From: Deinococcus sp.
GTDB taxonomy: Bacteria > Deinococcota > Deinococci > Deinococcales > Deinococcaceae
NCBI GenBank assembly: GCA_965261005.1
Contig: OZ253375.1
Location: forward strand, 2,048,001-2,112,000
Direction: 5' to 3'
Length of the DNA: 64,000 nucleotides
Below are positions 8,767 through 16,526 of this stretch, piece after piece. Position numbers and translations under genes: made by a program. The notes under the pieces were generated by a model that did not search any database, was not told the origin of the DNA, and saw only the letters and a program-made list of their open reading frames with translations. The first letter of the stretch is position 1. Each line of letters begins with the position of its first letter.

Positions 8767-9854
8767 GAGGGCGCCAAGCCGGCGGCGTCCGGCACGTCGG
8801 CGGCCGGCGCGTCCCCGGTTCGCGCCGGGGCGACCAGCGGCTCGCCAAAGGAGTGAAAGGGGGCCAGGTGAAAGCCCAGGTGGGCGTAGTGGCGCGCGAG
8901 GTCCAGCATGGTCTCGGCCTGCTCCACGCTCGGCAACCTCAGCGAGAAGTGCCCCCGGTGCCCGGCCAGCGAGAGCAGCATCGTCTCGGCCAGGCAGGCG
9001 TAGGCCAGGCCGCGCGGCAAGCCGACGCTGCCGCGCAGGCGCATGGCCGGCACCTCCACCAAGCCGCCGTCCACGATCAGCACGTCGGGCCGCTGGGCTT
9101 TCAGGGCCGGGTCGGTGTTGCGCGGCTGGGTGTCGTCCAGCACCACGGCCCCCTCTTTCAAGTGCGAACTGGTCAGCAGCGCCTCGCCCGAGCTGGTCAG
9201 CAGCACCACCAAGTCGGCCCGGCGCACGTCCGTCATGTCGGTGCTGACCCGCGCCCGCGCGCCTTGCGGCAAGGCGGCGCGCAACGTCTCCAGGCGGCCC
9301 GGGTGGCGGGCGATCAGCAGCAGTTCGCCGGCGTCGCGGCGGGCCAGAAGTTGGGCCACGCAGCTGCCAACGCTGCCGCTGGCCCCCACCAGCGCGATGG
9401 TCGGGTGGGCCGGCAGTTGCGCCAGCAGCCGCAAGGCGCCCAGATACGTCATCGCGGCGGTCAAGGCGTTGCCGTTGGTCACGCCGATGTCCGTGCGCCC
9501 CGCCAACGTCTGCCCCCCGGCGGTGACCGGCGCGGTCAGACCGCCCAGCCCCACCAAGGTCGCGCCCAAATCGCGCGCCTTGTCCACGGCGGCGGCGACC
9601 CTCACCTGCACTTCCCGGCGCGGCAAACCCAGCAGCAGCCGCGCGCTCAGCGGCACGCTGATCAGCGTGCCCGTCGCCATGTGGCCTCCCTCGAAGCGGA
9701 TTCCGCCGGTGATGAGGGGCGGCAGCGGCAGCGCCCGCATGGCCCAGCCGTAGGCGCGCTCGGGCACCCAGCCGAACGGCGCGCCGAGCAGCAGGCCCAT
9801 GTCGCGGGCGACCGCGTTGCGGGGGTGAATCAGAAAGGCGAACTTGTCCGACAT
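8763..9854 (-). CDS. Acyl-ACP reductase-like / COG5322-type dehydrogenase
   Basis: FAFLIHP, GLGGLTA, TNGNALTA, VGASGSVGS Rossmann and YACLAETM motifs. Confidence 0.8.
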   Translation of the reverse strand: MSDKFAFLIHPRNAVARDMGLLLGAPFGWVPERAYGWAMRALPLPPLITGGIRFEGGHMATGTLISVPLSARLLLGLPRREVQVRVAAAVDKARDLGATLVGLGGLTAPVTAGGQTLAGRTDIGVTNGNALTAAMTYLGALRLLAQLPAHPTIALVGASGSVGSCVAQLLARRDAGELLLIARHPGRLETLRAALPQGARARVSTDMTDVRRADLVVLLTSSGEALLTSSHLKEGAVVLDDTQPRNTDPALKAQRPDVLIVDGGLVEVPAMRLRGSVGLPRGLAYACLAETMLLSLAGHRGHFSLRLPSVEQAETMLDLARHYAHLGFHLAPFHSFGEPLVAPARTGDAPAADVPDAAGLAPS

Positions 9855-9937
9855 GGAATTCTCCTGTACGCGCGAAGTGAGCGGATGGAGGAACGACAAG
9901 CCTGATCACCCTGCAACGACACCCAGAGTCTATGTCT

Positions 9938-9966
9938 AGCGTGATAACGGTCCAGCGTGATAACGG
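9938..9966. promoter_or_regulatory. Tandem direct repeat AGCGTGATAACGG x2 (16-bp period), candidate operator
   Basis: Exact 13-bp repeat just upstream of a minus-strand TAGACT -10-like box of the reductase operon. Confidence 0.5.
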
Positions 9967-10021
9967 GTCGTCCCCAGCGAGGGGGAGGTTGGGGCATCCT
10001 TGGCCCTCATCTTTGCGGCGT

Positions 10022-10774
10022 CTATGAACTTTTCGACATCGCCCGCGCGACGAACACCATCACCCGGCTTTCCGGCGTCAGCGGCCCGCGCGTCCAGTCG
10101 CCGTACACCTGCTCGACGGTGAAGCCGGCCCCCCGGAGCGACTCGGTCAGCTCGGCCTCGTCGCGAAAGCGCAGCTGGCTGTCCACCATCAGGTCCTCCC
10201 CCGTCTCCGCGAAGACGTTGTGAGCGACGAAGTGTACCCGGCCGTCCCCCACGCTCAGCACGTCCAGCCAGCATTCCAGCGGCCCGGAAGGCGAATCCAC
10301 CTCCTCGTAGGTGGCCGCGCGGTTCCACCCCTCCCAAGCCCGCGCGGCCGGGTTGCGGCTCTCGAAGGCGAGGTGGCCGCCGGGCCGCAGGGCGGCGTGC
10401 AGGTCGCGCAAGGTCGCGGCCCAAGCCGCGTCGTCGAGGAAGACCTGGGCCACGTTGCCGGTCATAAGCGCCAAGTCGGCTTCCGGCGTGCCGAGGGCGC
10501 CCGAATCCCCCTCGACCCAGCGCACCCGTTCGGCCCCCGGCTGCTTTCTCGCGTGGGCGAGCATGGCCGGCGCGGGGTCCACGCCGGTCACCTCGCGGCC
10601 GTCCGTCGCTAGCTCGCGCGTCAGCAGCCCGGTGCCGCAGCCGAGGTCGAGAATGGTGTGGGCGCCCAACTCGGCCGCGAGGCCGAGGTAGAAGTCATAG
10701 TCCGCCCCGCGCGGGTTGTCGGTGTCGTACATCGCCACCAGGCGCGGGTCCACGTAGTGCTGGTCGAGCTGCAT
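10022..10774 (-). CDS. Class I SAM-dependent methyltransferase
   Basis: ILDLGCGTG, GVDPAPAML and LRPGGHLAFE motifs. Confidence 0.92.
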   Translation of the reverse strand: MQLDQHYVDPRLVAMYDTDNPRGADYDFYLGLAAELGAHTILDLGCGTGLLTRELATDGREVTGVDPAPAMLAHARKQPGAERVRWVEGDSGALGTPEADLALMTGNVAQVFLDDAAWAATLRDLHAALRPGGHLAFESRNPAARAWEGWNRAATYEEVDSPSGPLECWLDVLSVGDGRVHFVAHNVFAETGEDLMVDSQLRFRDEAELTESLRGAGFTVEQVYGDWTRGPLTPESRVMVFVARAMSKSS

Positions 10775-10908
10775 GGAAGCAGTTTAGGACGGCCTTGCGG
10801 CTCCGGCTCGGCGTCCGGCCTTGCGGCAATAACGTGAAGGCTGTACCGAACTCGCCCAATCGGCTTGTGCAGCGTGCTCCCTCACCAGATATCAGGGCGC
10901 TGACCTGT

Positions 10909-11313
10909 TCAAAACCAGTTCTCTACCCTCAAGCCCTCCACGCGCCCGAACTCCCCAACGTTGTTGGTCACCAGCGTGACGTCCGCGCTCAGGGCGTGCG
11001 CGGCGATCAGCAGGTCGAGCGGGCCGATGGGTTTTCCAGCTGCCTGCACCCGTGCCCTGATGTCGCCGTAGACCCAGGCGGCAGCGTCGTCATAGGGAAC
11101 GGTGACGAGGTCCAGCAGAAATTCTTCCAAGGCTTCACGGGTGCCGGGGCGGACGCTTTTCGCCACGCCAAATGCGAGTTCCGAGACGGTGACGCTGCTC
11201 ACCGCCACGTCGCCAATCCGGTAACGCCCGAACACCTGCGCGACTTGGGGCGGCCTCCGGTTGATGATGTAGATACAGGTGTTGGTGTCGAGAAAGTACT
11301 GGGGAGCCGGCAC
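10909..11313 (-). CDS. vapC: VapC PIN-domain toxin
   Basis: YFLDTNTCIY, SELAFG, DLLIAAHA and LVTNN..EF motifs. Start reassigned to GTG 11313. Confidence 0.92.
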   Translation of the reverse strand: MPAPQYFLDTNTCIYIINRRPPQVAQVFGRYRIGDVAVSSVTVSELAFGVAKSVRPGTREALEEFLLDLVTVPYDDAAAWVYGDIRARVQAAGKPIGPLDLLIAAHALSADVTLVTNNVGEFGRVEGLRVENWF

Positions 11314-11530
11314 CCTCAGAGCGTATGTGACCTGACCAACGGTTGAAACCGTTGGCTTCTCAGGCGACGGCATGCGATACCCCGCTACCGTTGACACCTG
11401 AAGGGACGGCCCGTCCCAGAATGTTCTTCGCCGCGTTGTGATCGGCGTTCGCCGTATGGCCGCATTTCACGCACCGGAACAGAGCTTGATTCATGCGGTT
11501 CTCCTTCCCCGTATGGCCGCAGGCATTGCA
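11311..11530 (-). ncRNA. Predicted TnpB omega-RNA (reRNA); guide ~ATACGCTCTGAGGGTG (11326-11311)
   Basis: By analogy to ISDra2, the scaffold overlaps the tnpB 3' end and right end, and the guide is the ~16 nt of flank after TCAC. The 5' limit is a guess. Confidence 0.6.
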
Positions 11531-12681
11531 GCGCTGCGACGTGTAGCGGGGGTCTACGGCGATGACTCTCCGACCGGCGCTTTCAGCCTTGACGGTGAGT
11601 TGGAAGAGGAAGCCTGCCCAGCCTGCATCCAGGATGGAACGGGCCAGATTCGACTGGGCCATGTTGCCCACTTGCAGGTTCTCGTGCGCGATCAGGTCGT
11701 GTTCATTGACCAGCCTCCGGGCGGTCTTGTGCTGGAAGTCCAGACGCTGCCGCCTGACCTTGCGGTGCGTTCTGGCTACCAGACGGACGGCCTTCTTGCG
11801 CCGCTTGCCGCCCTTCTTGCGGCGGGCCACGGTACGTTGCTGGACGCGCAACTTACGAAGGGATTTGCCCAGGTGTCGGGGGTTCTCAATAAACTCCCCG
11901 TCGCTGGTGACGGCAAACCATGTGGTGCCCAGATCAATGCCGACTTCGTTGCCCGTGGCTGGGAGAGGCTGTTTCGGCACCTCGCAGGCGTACACGGCGT
12001 ACCATTCATCCACGTCCAGCACGATTTGCAACGACTTAGGTTTACCTTCAAGCGGACGGTGCAGCTTGATCTTGACCGCGCCGATCTTGGGGATGCTGAT
12101 ACGTCCGCCGTCTACGGGCTTGCCGCACGCCGTCCAATCCTCACGCTTATTATCCCAACACTGTTTGAACTTGAAGCTGTTCCAGCGTTGCGCGGGCTTG
12201 AAACGCGGAAAGCCCGCCGCCTTGCCCTTGCCCGCCTTCGCCCGCCTGAAGAACGCCTTGTACGCTTTGTCGAGGCGGTCGAACACGTCTTGTAGGACAT
12301 GGCTGTACACCCCGGCGAACTCGGGACAGGCTTCCTTGAGCGCCGTGAGTTCGGCTTGCTGATCGTAGGCCGATAAGGTCTTGCCCTGCTTGCGGTAGGC
12401 TTCCCGGCGCTGTTCCAAACCGGCGTTGTAGAGCGTGCGCGTGAGGCGCAACGTCTCAAACATGGCCCGCTGCTGGGTTTTGGTGGGGTAGAGCCGGAAC
12501 CGGAAGGTTCGCAGCGTAGTATCCTGGTTCATGTGAGGCGGCCTCGATCCGCTTCGCCGCGCTCCCAGCCGTTGACGCGGCGTGGGGGCATTGCTCATTC
12601 AGTGTACTACAGAACGGCACCGCCGCTTCGCGGCCAGCCCCTAACCCACACCTGAAGGAGTGGGCTTGCGGGTCAGTTTCT
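11327..12681 (-). mobile_element. IS200/IS605-family tnpB-only element (IS1341-like)
   Basis: On the minus strand, TTGAC immediately precedes the left end. Left-end hairpin CCCACTCCTTCAGGTGTGGG. Right-end hairpin CCAACGGTTTCAACCGTTGG ends in TCAC. No tnpA. Confidence 0.85.
11360..12532 (-). CDS. tnpB: RNA-guided endonuclease TnpB
   Basis: FRFRLYPT, RuvC-I GIDLG, RuvC-II AHENL, Zn finger CNACG/CVKCG and RuvC-III NADHNAAKNI. All three acidic residues are present. Confidence 0.96.
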   Translation of the reverse strand: MNQDTTLRTFRFRLYPTKTQQRAMFETLRLTRTLYNAGLEQRREAYRKQGKTLSAYDQQAELTALKEACPEFAGVYSHVLQDVFDRLDKAYKAFFRRAKAGKGKAAGFPRFKPAQRWNSFKFKQCWDNKREDWTACGKPVDGGRISIPKIGAVKIKLHRPLEGKPKSLQIVLDVDEWYAVYACEVPKQPLPATGNEVGIDLGTTWFAVTSDGEFIENPRHLGKSLRKLRVQQRTVARRKKGGKRRKKAVRLVARTHRKVRRQRLDFQHKTARRLVNEHDLIAHENLQVGNMAQSNLARSILDAGWAGFLFQLTVKAESAGRRVIAVDPRYTSQRCNACGHTGKENRMNQALFRCVKCGHTANADHNAAKNILGRAVPSGVNGSGVSHAVA

Positions 12682-12737
12682 GTCAATTTCGCTGCGCGAC
12701 TCCGCCGCTGCAACGCTCAATATTCCCGGCCAAAGCT

Positions 12738-12968
12738 CTAAAAGTCGCCCCAATGGCGCTCCTCAGCTTCGCCTTGGTCACGCTCGATCTGCAAGCCCCC
12801 GAACTTCTCCAAGCTGGCGAGCAAGTTCTTCCAACGGTTGTTGCGCGGCAACAGCAACACGCCGTCGCCGACCCGCTTGATCAGAACCTCCTCGTCCCCG
12901 AAGCGGTATTCCTTGGGAAGCCGCACGGCCTGGCTGCGCCCGGTTTTAAAGATCTTCGCGGTGTTCGT
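12738..12968 (-). CDS. vapB: VapB antitoxin (AbrB/SpoVT-type), ACG in place of start codon
   Basis: AGGAGG-N6-ACG AAC ACC GCG AAG ATC TTT gives (T)NTAKIFKTGRSQAVRLPKEYRF. GTATATAC palindrome at 12996-13003. Confidence 0.88.
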   Translation of the reverse strand, partial: TNTAKIFKTGRSQAVRLPKEYRFGDEEVLIKRVGDGVLLLPRNNRWKNLLASLEKFGGLQIERDQGEAEERHWGDF

Positions 12969-13047
12969 GGCTGACCTCCTTGATAACTACCATGAGTATA
13001 TACCGAGGGGAAGCTGTATGAGGTGTCCCTGACAAAGCAAGCTCACA

Positions 13048-15510
13048 TCACGGGCGCGGCTTGACGGCGCGGGTCGGCGCCGCCGTCCAAGGGTCGTCGG
13101 GCCAGGGATGTTTGGGGTAGCGGCCCCGCAATTCCCGCCGGACCTCCCGGTAGCTGCCGTCCCAAAAGCCGCGCAAATCCCGCGTCACCTGGACCGGGCG
13201 CCCGGCGGGCGACAGCAGGTGCAGCACGACCGGCGTGCGGCCCGCGTTGACGGTTGGGGTGTCGGCCAGGCCGAACAGCTCTTGCAGCTTGACCGCCAGC
13301 ACCGGGGGAGCGCCGTCCGGGAAGTACGCGAGGCGGACGCTGTGGCCGCTGGGCACCCGCAGCCGTTCGGGCGCGAGGTCGCCGAGCTGACCCGACTGGG
13401 GCCACGGCAGCCAGGCGCCCAGGGCCGCCGCGAGGTCCACGCGGGCGAAGTCCTCGCGGCGGCGCACGCCATTCAAGGAGGGTCCCAGCCAAACCTCCAA
13501 GCCTTCCAGCAGGGCCGCGTCCGACACGTCGGGCCAAGGCTCCTCCGGGCGCCACGCGCGCAAGCTCAGCACCCGCGCCTGCCACCCGCGCAGCTCGGGT
13601 GTCCAGGGCAGCAACTTCAGGCCCTCGGCGCGCAGGGCGGCGCACAGAGCTTGGAGCTTGAGGGCGGGCGCCGCCCCCTCCAGCGGCCCCTCTTCCAGCA
13701 CCAGGCGACCCAAGCGCCGCTCGCGGCGGGCGATGAGTGCGCCCGCGCGCCCGTCCCAAGCCACGACCTCGTGCCAAGTGGAGGCGCCCTCCAACGTGGC
13801 GGGGTCGAGGGGAGCGGCCAGGTGAATGCGCCCCTCGGCCTCCTGCGCATCGAAGTGGGCGACCGCCAGATACGGGACGGCGCCCAGCTCGTCGCCGGAA
13901 TCCAGCCGCGCGCCGCGCCCCCCTGAGAGCAGGTAGCGCGCCCCGCCGCCAGGGCGCCGCCGCGCCACCCGCTCGGGATAGGCCAAGCTGATCAGGCGGC
14001 CCACGGCCTCGCCGCCGGGAACGTTCACCTCCTCGGGTTCTCTGAGCGCGCGGCGCCACTGGGCCGCCAATTGCCGGACGCGGGCGAAGGGATCGGCGTG
14101 GCCGCGCGCCCGCCCCGACCGCAGGGCCGCCACCCTGGCCGTCAAGTCCGCGCCGGCGTCCCGGCCGAGGGGGTCGCGCTCCTCCAGGAGGGCCGCCACG
14201 TCGCAGGCGAGGGCGCCGAGGCCGAGGGTCTGCCCCTCCAGCAGCAGGTGGGCCAGGCGCGGGTGGGTGGGCAAGCTGAGCAGGCGCGCGCCGCGCCCGG
14301 TGACGCGCCCGGCCTCGTCCAGGGCGCCTAGCTGCTCCAGCAACTCGCGCGCCGCCCGGACGTGCCGCTCCGGCGGCGGGTCCAGCCACGGGAGGCTGAG
14401 CGGGTCCGGCGCGCCCCACTGGGCGACTTCCAGGACGGTCGGGGCCAAGTCGGCCTGCAAGACCTCGGGCGGGCGCTCGCCCGGCAGCAAAGCCTGGGTG
14501 CGCTCGCTCCACAGCCGGTAGGCCACGCCGGGGCCGAGCCGCCCGGCCCGGCCCGCGCGCTGGGCGGCGGCGGCGCGGCTGACACGCTCCGTGATGAGGC
14601 GGGTCAGGCCGCTGCCGGGATCGAAGCGCGCCGTCCTGGCGTAGCCCGAGTCCACCACCGCGCCCACCCCGTCTAGCGTCAGGCTGGTCTCGGCAATGGA
14701 GGTTGCCAGCACGACCCGCCGCGCCCCGCCCGGATCGGGCGCGAGGGCGCGGCGCTGCTCGGGAAGGGGCAAGTCGCCGTAGAGGGGCAGCACGCGCAGG
14801 TCCGGGTCGCCCGCCAAAGCCCGCTGCGCGCGGCGAATCTCGGCCTGGCCGGGCAGAAAGGCCAGCACGTCGCCGGGCGTTTCTTGCAGCGCCCTTTGCA
14901 CGGCGCGCGCCACCGCCTCCGGCAACCCGTCCAGGGGGGCGTCCCGAGGCGCGTAACGGACCTCCACCGGAAACTGGCGCCCCGTGGCGCGCAGCAGCGG
15001 CACGGCCTCGCCCAGCTTGGCGGGGAGGTCACCCAGGGTGGCCGACATCAAGAGGGCGCGCAGGTCGGGGCGCAGCGCGCCCTGCACCTCAAGCAACAGG
15101 GCCAGCGCGAGGTCGCTGGGCAAGCTGCGCTCGTGGAACTCGTCGAAGATGACCAGGCCCACGTCCGTGAGCGTGGGATCGCGCTGAAGCCGGCGGGTCA
15201 GCACGCCCTCGGTCACGACCTCCAAGCGGGTGCGCGCGGACACGCGCGACTCGAAGCGCACCCGCGAGCCGACGGTGCCGCCCACCGCCTCGCCCAAGCT
15301 TTCCGAGAGGCGGGCCGCCACGGCCGCGACCGCCACCCGGCGCGGCTGAAGCAGCACGATCTTGCGCCCCGCAAGCCAGGGTTCCCCCAGCAGCTCCAGC
15401 GGCAGGGCAGTGCTCTTGCCGCTGCCGGGCGGCGCCTCCAGGGCGACCAAAGGGGACTGCGACAGCGCGCGGCGCAACTCGGGCAGCAGGGCCAGAACGG
15501 GCAGGTCCAA
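13048..15510 (-). CDS. hrpB: ATP-dependent helicase HrpB
   Basis: APPGSGKST, DEFHER, ATSIAETSLT, QRAGRAGR and C-terminal GRYPKHPWP motifs. Confidence 0.96.
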   Translation of the reverse strand: MDLPVLALLPELRRALSQSPLVALEAPPGSGKSTALPLELLGEPWLAGRKIVLLQPRRVAVAAVAARLSESLGEAVGGTVGSRVRFESRVSARTRLEVVTEGVLTRRLQRDPTLTDVGLVIFDEFHERSLPSDLALALLLEVQGALRPDLRALLMSATLGDLPAKLGEAVPLLRATGRQFPVEVRYAPRDAPLDGLPEAVARAVQRALQETPGDVLAFLPGQAEIRRAQRALAGDPDLRVLPLYGDLPLPEQRRALAPDPGGARRVVLATSIAETSLTLDGVGAVVDSGYARTARFDPGSGLTRLITERVSRAAAAQRAGRAGRLGPGVAYRLWSERTQALLPGERPPEVLQADLAPTVLEVAQWGAPDPLSLPWLDPPPERHVRAARELLEQLGALDEAGRVTGRGARLLSLPTHPRLAHLLLEGQTLGLGALACDVAALLEERDPLGRDAGADLTARVAALRSGRARGHADPFARVRQLAAQWRRALREPEEVNVPGGEAVGRLISLAYPERVARRRPGGGARYLLSGGRGARLDSGDELGAVPYLAVAHFDAQEAEGRIHLAAPLDPATLEGASTWHEVVAWDGRAGALIARRERRLGRLVLEEGPLEGAAPALKLQALCAALRAEGLKLLPWTPELRGWQARVLSLRAWRPEEPWPDVSDAALLEGLEVWLGPSLNGVRRREDFARVDLAAALGAWLPWPQSGQLGDLAPERLRVPSGHSVRLAYFPDGAPPVLAVKLQELFGLADTPTVNAGRTPVVLHLLSPAGRPVQVTRDLRGFWDGSYREVRRELRGRYPKHPWPDDPWTAAPTRAVKPRP

Positions 15511-15513
15511 GGG

Positions 15514-15642
15514 CTAAGTACCTCCCTGATGATCTAAAGATCATCCGAGCGGAGCGAGTAGGGAAAAAAGTACGTCCTGGCAAGAGTGGAGTGATTGCGC
15601 GTTTTTGGCGCAATCACGAAACGTTAGCCGGGATGTACTTAG
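15514..15642. repeat. SNR-like element with CTAAGTAC/GTACTTAG ends
   Basis: Terminal inverted repeats and internal hairpins. TCCGAGCGGAGCGAGTAG module shared with 29630-29764. Confidence 0.75.
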
Positions 15643-16379
15643 CTTCCGGCCAACTCGCGCAGCTGTTCGCCGGCGTCCCCCACCACGCCGCCGTGGTAGG
15701 CCAGAATGGTGTCCACGTCCAGCTTCGCCAGCTTGGCGACCGAGGCGCGCGCCAGGGGCATGTCGGGGGTCATGCGCTCCGGCGGGCCGCCCAAGCGACC
15801 CTCGTGCGAGGACAGCGCGTCCCCGGCGATCAGCGTGTTGCTGCGCTCCAGGTAGAGGCTGATGTGGCCCGGCGTGTGGCCGGGCGTGAAGATCACCCGC
15901 ACCCCCCCGGCGAGGTCGAGCCGCTCTCCGTCCGCGAGGGTCCGGTCCACCTTGACGGGCGTCAGGTTGAACATCCGGCGCGCTTCCGGCGGCATACCGG
16001 CGAGCATGGCCGCCTGCTGCTCGGGCGGGGGCAGCTTGATGGGCCGCAACTGGCCCTCAATGTAGGGGGCGTCCTCCGCGTGGGCCAGCACCTCGGCGCC
16101 GCTCGCGCGCACCACGTCCGCGAGTGAGCCGACGTGGTCGAGGTCCTGGTGAGTCAGGATCACGCGCTTCAGGTCGCTCACCCCCAGACCCACCTCCGAA
16201 AGGGCCGCCTCGATGGCGCCGAGCTGGCCGGGCACGCCGGTGTCCACCAGCGTCGGGCCGCGCTCCGGGTCCAGAATCAGCGCGAGGTTGAGGACGGTCG
16301 GGCCGCCCATCAGATTGACGGTCAGCGGCAGGGCGTAGAGGTCGTCGTTGACTTTCACGCTTCCCAAGCTATCAGCCAT
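15639..16379 (-). CDS. MBL-fold metallo-hydrolase
   Basis: LVDTG, THQDLDHVG, TPGHTPGH, GDAL and YHGG motifs. Confidence 0.92.
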   Translation of the reverse strand: MADSLGSVKVNDDLYALPLTVNLMGGPTVLNLALILDPERGPTLVDTGVPGQLGAIEAALSEVGLGVSDLKRVILTHQDLDHVGSLADVVRASGAEVLAHAEDAPYIEGQLRPIKLPPPEQQAAMLAGMPPEARRMFNLTPVKVDRTLADGERLDLAGGVRVIFTPGHTPGHISLYLERSNTLIAGDALSSHEGRLGGPPERMTPDMPLARASVAKLAKLDVDTILAYHGGVVGDAGEQLRELAGS

Positions 16380-16523
16380 ACCACGTCCACCTCCGGGGGC
16401 AGCGTGACGTTGGGCACTTGGCTGGTCACGCGCCACACGTCACACAACATCCGGCCGCAGGGCCAGCGCCAGGTTGGTGATAGCGCCGTCATGGCCGGGG
16501 TCGCAATCGAGGATGACCTTCAT
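16372..16523 (-). pseudogene. Heavily deleted nucleoside hydrolase remnant
   Basis: MKVILDCDPGHDGAI-TNLALAL-RPD-...CDVWRVTSQVPNV: collinear motifs of IU-nucleoside hydrolases in ~150 bp. Confidence 0.75.
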
Positions 16524-16526
16524 GGG

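Noticed and set aside
7492..9909. 805-aa ORF suggesting a large fusion
   Set aside because: The N-terminal half is a shadow frame over the reductase gene. The real gene starts at GTG 8766.
11360..12532. TnpB as a Cas12f/CRISPR effector or a nuclease-dead TldR
   Set aside because: No repeat-spacer array or cas genes in the window. RuvC residues are intact and IS605-type ends are present.
12611..12622. 12-bp CAGAACGGCACC shared between the tnpB left end and the SNR module
   Set aside because: Too short, with no flanking similarity; probably chance.
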